A program made the position numbers and the translations under genes. A model generated the notes under the pieces. It was not told where the DNA came from. It saw nothing but the letters and a program-made list of their open reading frames with translations, and made no database searches. Source: Tubulanus polymorphus (taxonomy: Eukaryota > Animalia > Nemertea). Taken from it: a stretch of DNA of 64,000 nt. This document shows positions 61,743 to 64,000 of this stretch, in pieces; the first letter of the stretch is position 1; each line of letters opens with the position of its first letter. The DNA lies in assembly GCF_964204645.1 (NCBI RefSeq), contig NC_134034.1:4996914-5060913 (forward strand). The letters are read 5' to 3'.

Positions 61743-63707
61743 ATGGTAGATGGTTTTCCAAAAGCTTTCCAATATAATAAATCAATTAAATATAATATTC
61801 CAGCAATAGATTTTAATAAAGATATTACATATAGAAATGAAGTTTTAGATTCATTAACTAATTTAGAAATTTATGTTACTGAAACTAATAATTTTAATGC
61901 AAAGATGGAAAATATATTTCATGTATATTTAATTAATTTTAAAAAATTGAAAGATGAAAAACAATGGTTATTAAAATCTAATATGAAGTTTTGGCAGAAC
62001 CAATTAAATTTTGCTGTTTATTGTGCAACAACAGGTTGTGGAATTAGTTGGAATGATCATTTGAATAATTCTAAATATAAATTAATTCAAAGTTTATTTA
62101 GATTTCATACATACTTTCAAATCAGAATAATATTAAATGAATTAGAGTTCGCTTTACCAGGATCTAGATATTTTAAAGAATTAGATAATAATATTAATTT
62201 ATCAAAGTTTTATTAAATTTGTAATGAATTTAATATAGATATAAATAATTCTGATTTTAGAACAATAATTGGAACAATAAGATCACTTCCTTGCCCTAAA
62301 AAGATTGCAGAATATTGTGCACTTCCCATACCATCTAATAGCTTTTATAATATCTATGATAATAAATTAGGTTATAGTAAAATAGAAACAAAGGATTTAG
62401 AAACGATATAGAAATGAAGTTTTAGATTCATTAACTAATTTAGAAATTTATGTTACTGAAACTAATAATTTTAATGCAAAGATGGAAAATATATTTCATG
62501 TATATTTAATTAATTTTAAAAAATTGAAAGATGAAAAACAATGGTTATTAAAATCTAATATGAAGTTTTGGCAGAACCAATTAAATTTTGCTGTTTATTG
62601 TGCAACAACAGGTTGTGGAATTAGTTGGAATGATCATTTGAATAATTCTAAATATAAATTAATTCAAAGTTTATTTAGATTTCATACATACTTTCAAATC
62701 AGAATAATATTAAATGAATTAGAGTTCGCTTTACCAGGATCTAGATATTTTAAAGAATTAGATAATAATATTAATTTATCAAAGTTTTATTAAATTTGTA
62801 ATGAATTTAATATAGATATAAATAATTCTGATTTTAGAACAATAATTGGAACAATAAGATCACTTCCTTGCCCTAAAAAGATTGCAGAATATTGTGCACT
62901 TCCCATACCATCTAATAGCTTTTATAATATCTATGATAATAAATTAGGTTATAGTAAAATAGAAACAAAGGATTTAGAAACATTAAATTTCAATAAATTA
63001 CCGAAATTTTATGATAATTTAAAACAAGAAAACAATAATGGTTGGGTTTATTTAATTTTAAAAAATAATGAAAGTTTTACAAAATCAGGTATACAAAGAA
63101 TAAATCAATCTATTAGAACTTATTTGATATGTATTCTAGGATCGCAAGTTGAAACAAGATCCCCAATAATTGGAAATTTAAATACATCATTTGATACACA
63201 AAAACAATTCAAAGTATTATTTGAAGATTCCATTCATAATGATAAAAATAGATCGATTCCAGAAAACATTGTAAGATATCAAAATTATTTAGATAAATCA
63301 CATATTAGATTAAATTATTGTATAGGCCCTAATCTATTTATTATTTCTAATGATTTAGTATTAAAGATGGGAAACATAATTGGTTATAATAATCTAATTA
63401 AAACTGCAACAATAAATAATTCATTTGGATTGAATGATATAAATAAAAAGATAATTACTGCTCCAAAATTAATGGAAGGTGAAAAAAATAAAAAACATAT
63501 TCAATCAACAGAAACTAAAACTAATAATATTAAATTAAATAATGATTCTAAAATAAAAGATTAAAATACATCAGAAGATATAAAAACTGATAATATTCAA
63601 CATGATATAATTAAACTAAATGATGATAATAAATCCCATGAAAATACTAAATTAGCTTTAACTTGTATAGGAATTGTAATCGGAGGAATATTATATTTTA
63701 AATTTTA
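61743..63707 (+). pseudogene. Homolog of the 433-aa tail-anchored protein, broken by stops and a 576-bp tandem duplication
   Basis: Collinear with 38967-40268; duplicated block at 61829-62404 / 62406-62981. Confidence 0.85.
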
Positions 63708-63723
63708 ATTTTTTATTATGTAA

Positions 63724-64000
63724 ATGGCAGAAGGTGGAGAAGATATTCCAATGGATCCTTTAGATGAACCTGGAATAAGTGATGAACAACCACCTGATTT
63801 TAGTGAAACAAGTTTTAATGATGATAATGAGCCCGAATATAATACTAATTTAGGTGAAGATGATGATTATGATTATGAAACGCGTAAAGAATTTAAAGAA
63901 TATATGACAGCTACCGAAAGGTTAGTTATTAGAACCTCAACATCTAGAAAGGATTTAATGGAAAGATTAGTAAATACAACTGATCCTCTTATGAAATCTC
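63724..64000 (+). CDS. 5' part of the coiled-coil membrane protein homolog (truncated by the window)
   Basis: TAAATG start; MAEGGEDIPM...PDFSET resembles MDVEGGEDYEM...PDFNET of 37472-38950; same synteny. Confidence 0.7.
   Translation, partial: MAEGGEDIPMDPLDEPGISDEQPPDFSETSFNDDNEPEYNTNLGEDDDYDYETRKEFKEYMTATERLVIRTSTSRKDLMERLVNTTDPLMKS

Larger units (their letters stand above)
55131..64000 (+). mobile_element. Second Polinton/Maverick-like element (element 2), related subfamily, decayed, runs off the window
   Basis: Starts AGTAATAGGG; same gene order as the pol arm of element 1. Expected TSD is GAGGCA (55125-55130). Confidence 0.95.

Overview
Gene-poor, repeat-rich eukaryotic DNA, most likely a metazoan invertebrate; no intact host gene was recognised. 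Bases 1-28.8 kb are a patchwork of non-autonomous DNA transposons (hAT derivative, Helentron/HINE-like elements, MULE-like foldbacks), an L2 LINE remnant and microsatellites. The main feature is a complete, very AT-rich 18.6-kb Polinton/Maverick-like endogenous virus (28831-47413) with 582-bp TIRs and an exact 6-bp TSD (CCCAAC). It encodes pPolB, an RVE-chromodomain integrase, an A32-type packaging ATPase, putative major and minor capsid proteins, an HNH nuclease and a block of small membrane proteins, but no adenain protease. A second, more decayed relative starts at 55131 inside a LINE and runs off the window; a BEL/Pao fragment lies between the two. Three features stand out: (i) nearly every viral gene starts at a poxvirus-like TAAATG initiator, in two classes (T7-N6/7-TAAATG on the virion block, A-rich on replication genes); (ii) each terminus is itself a long imperfect palindrome with co-varying arms; (iii) there is a membrane-protein module with hypervariable loops. 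Together these suggest, as inference only, a membrane-containing, possibly helper-dependent (virophage-like) polintovirus lineage.
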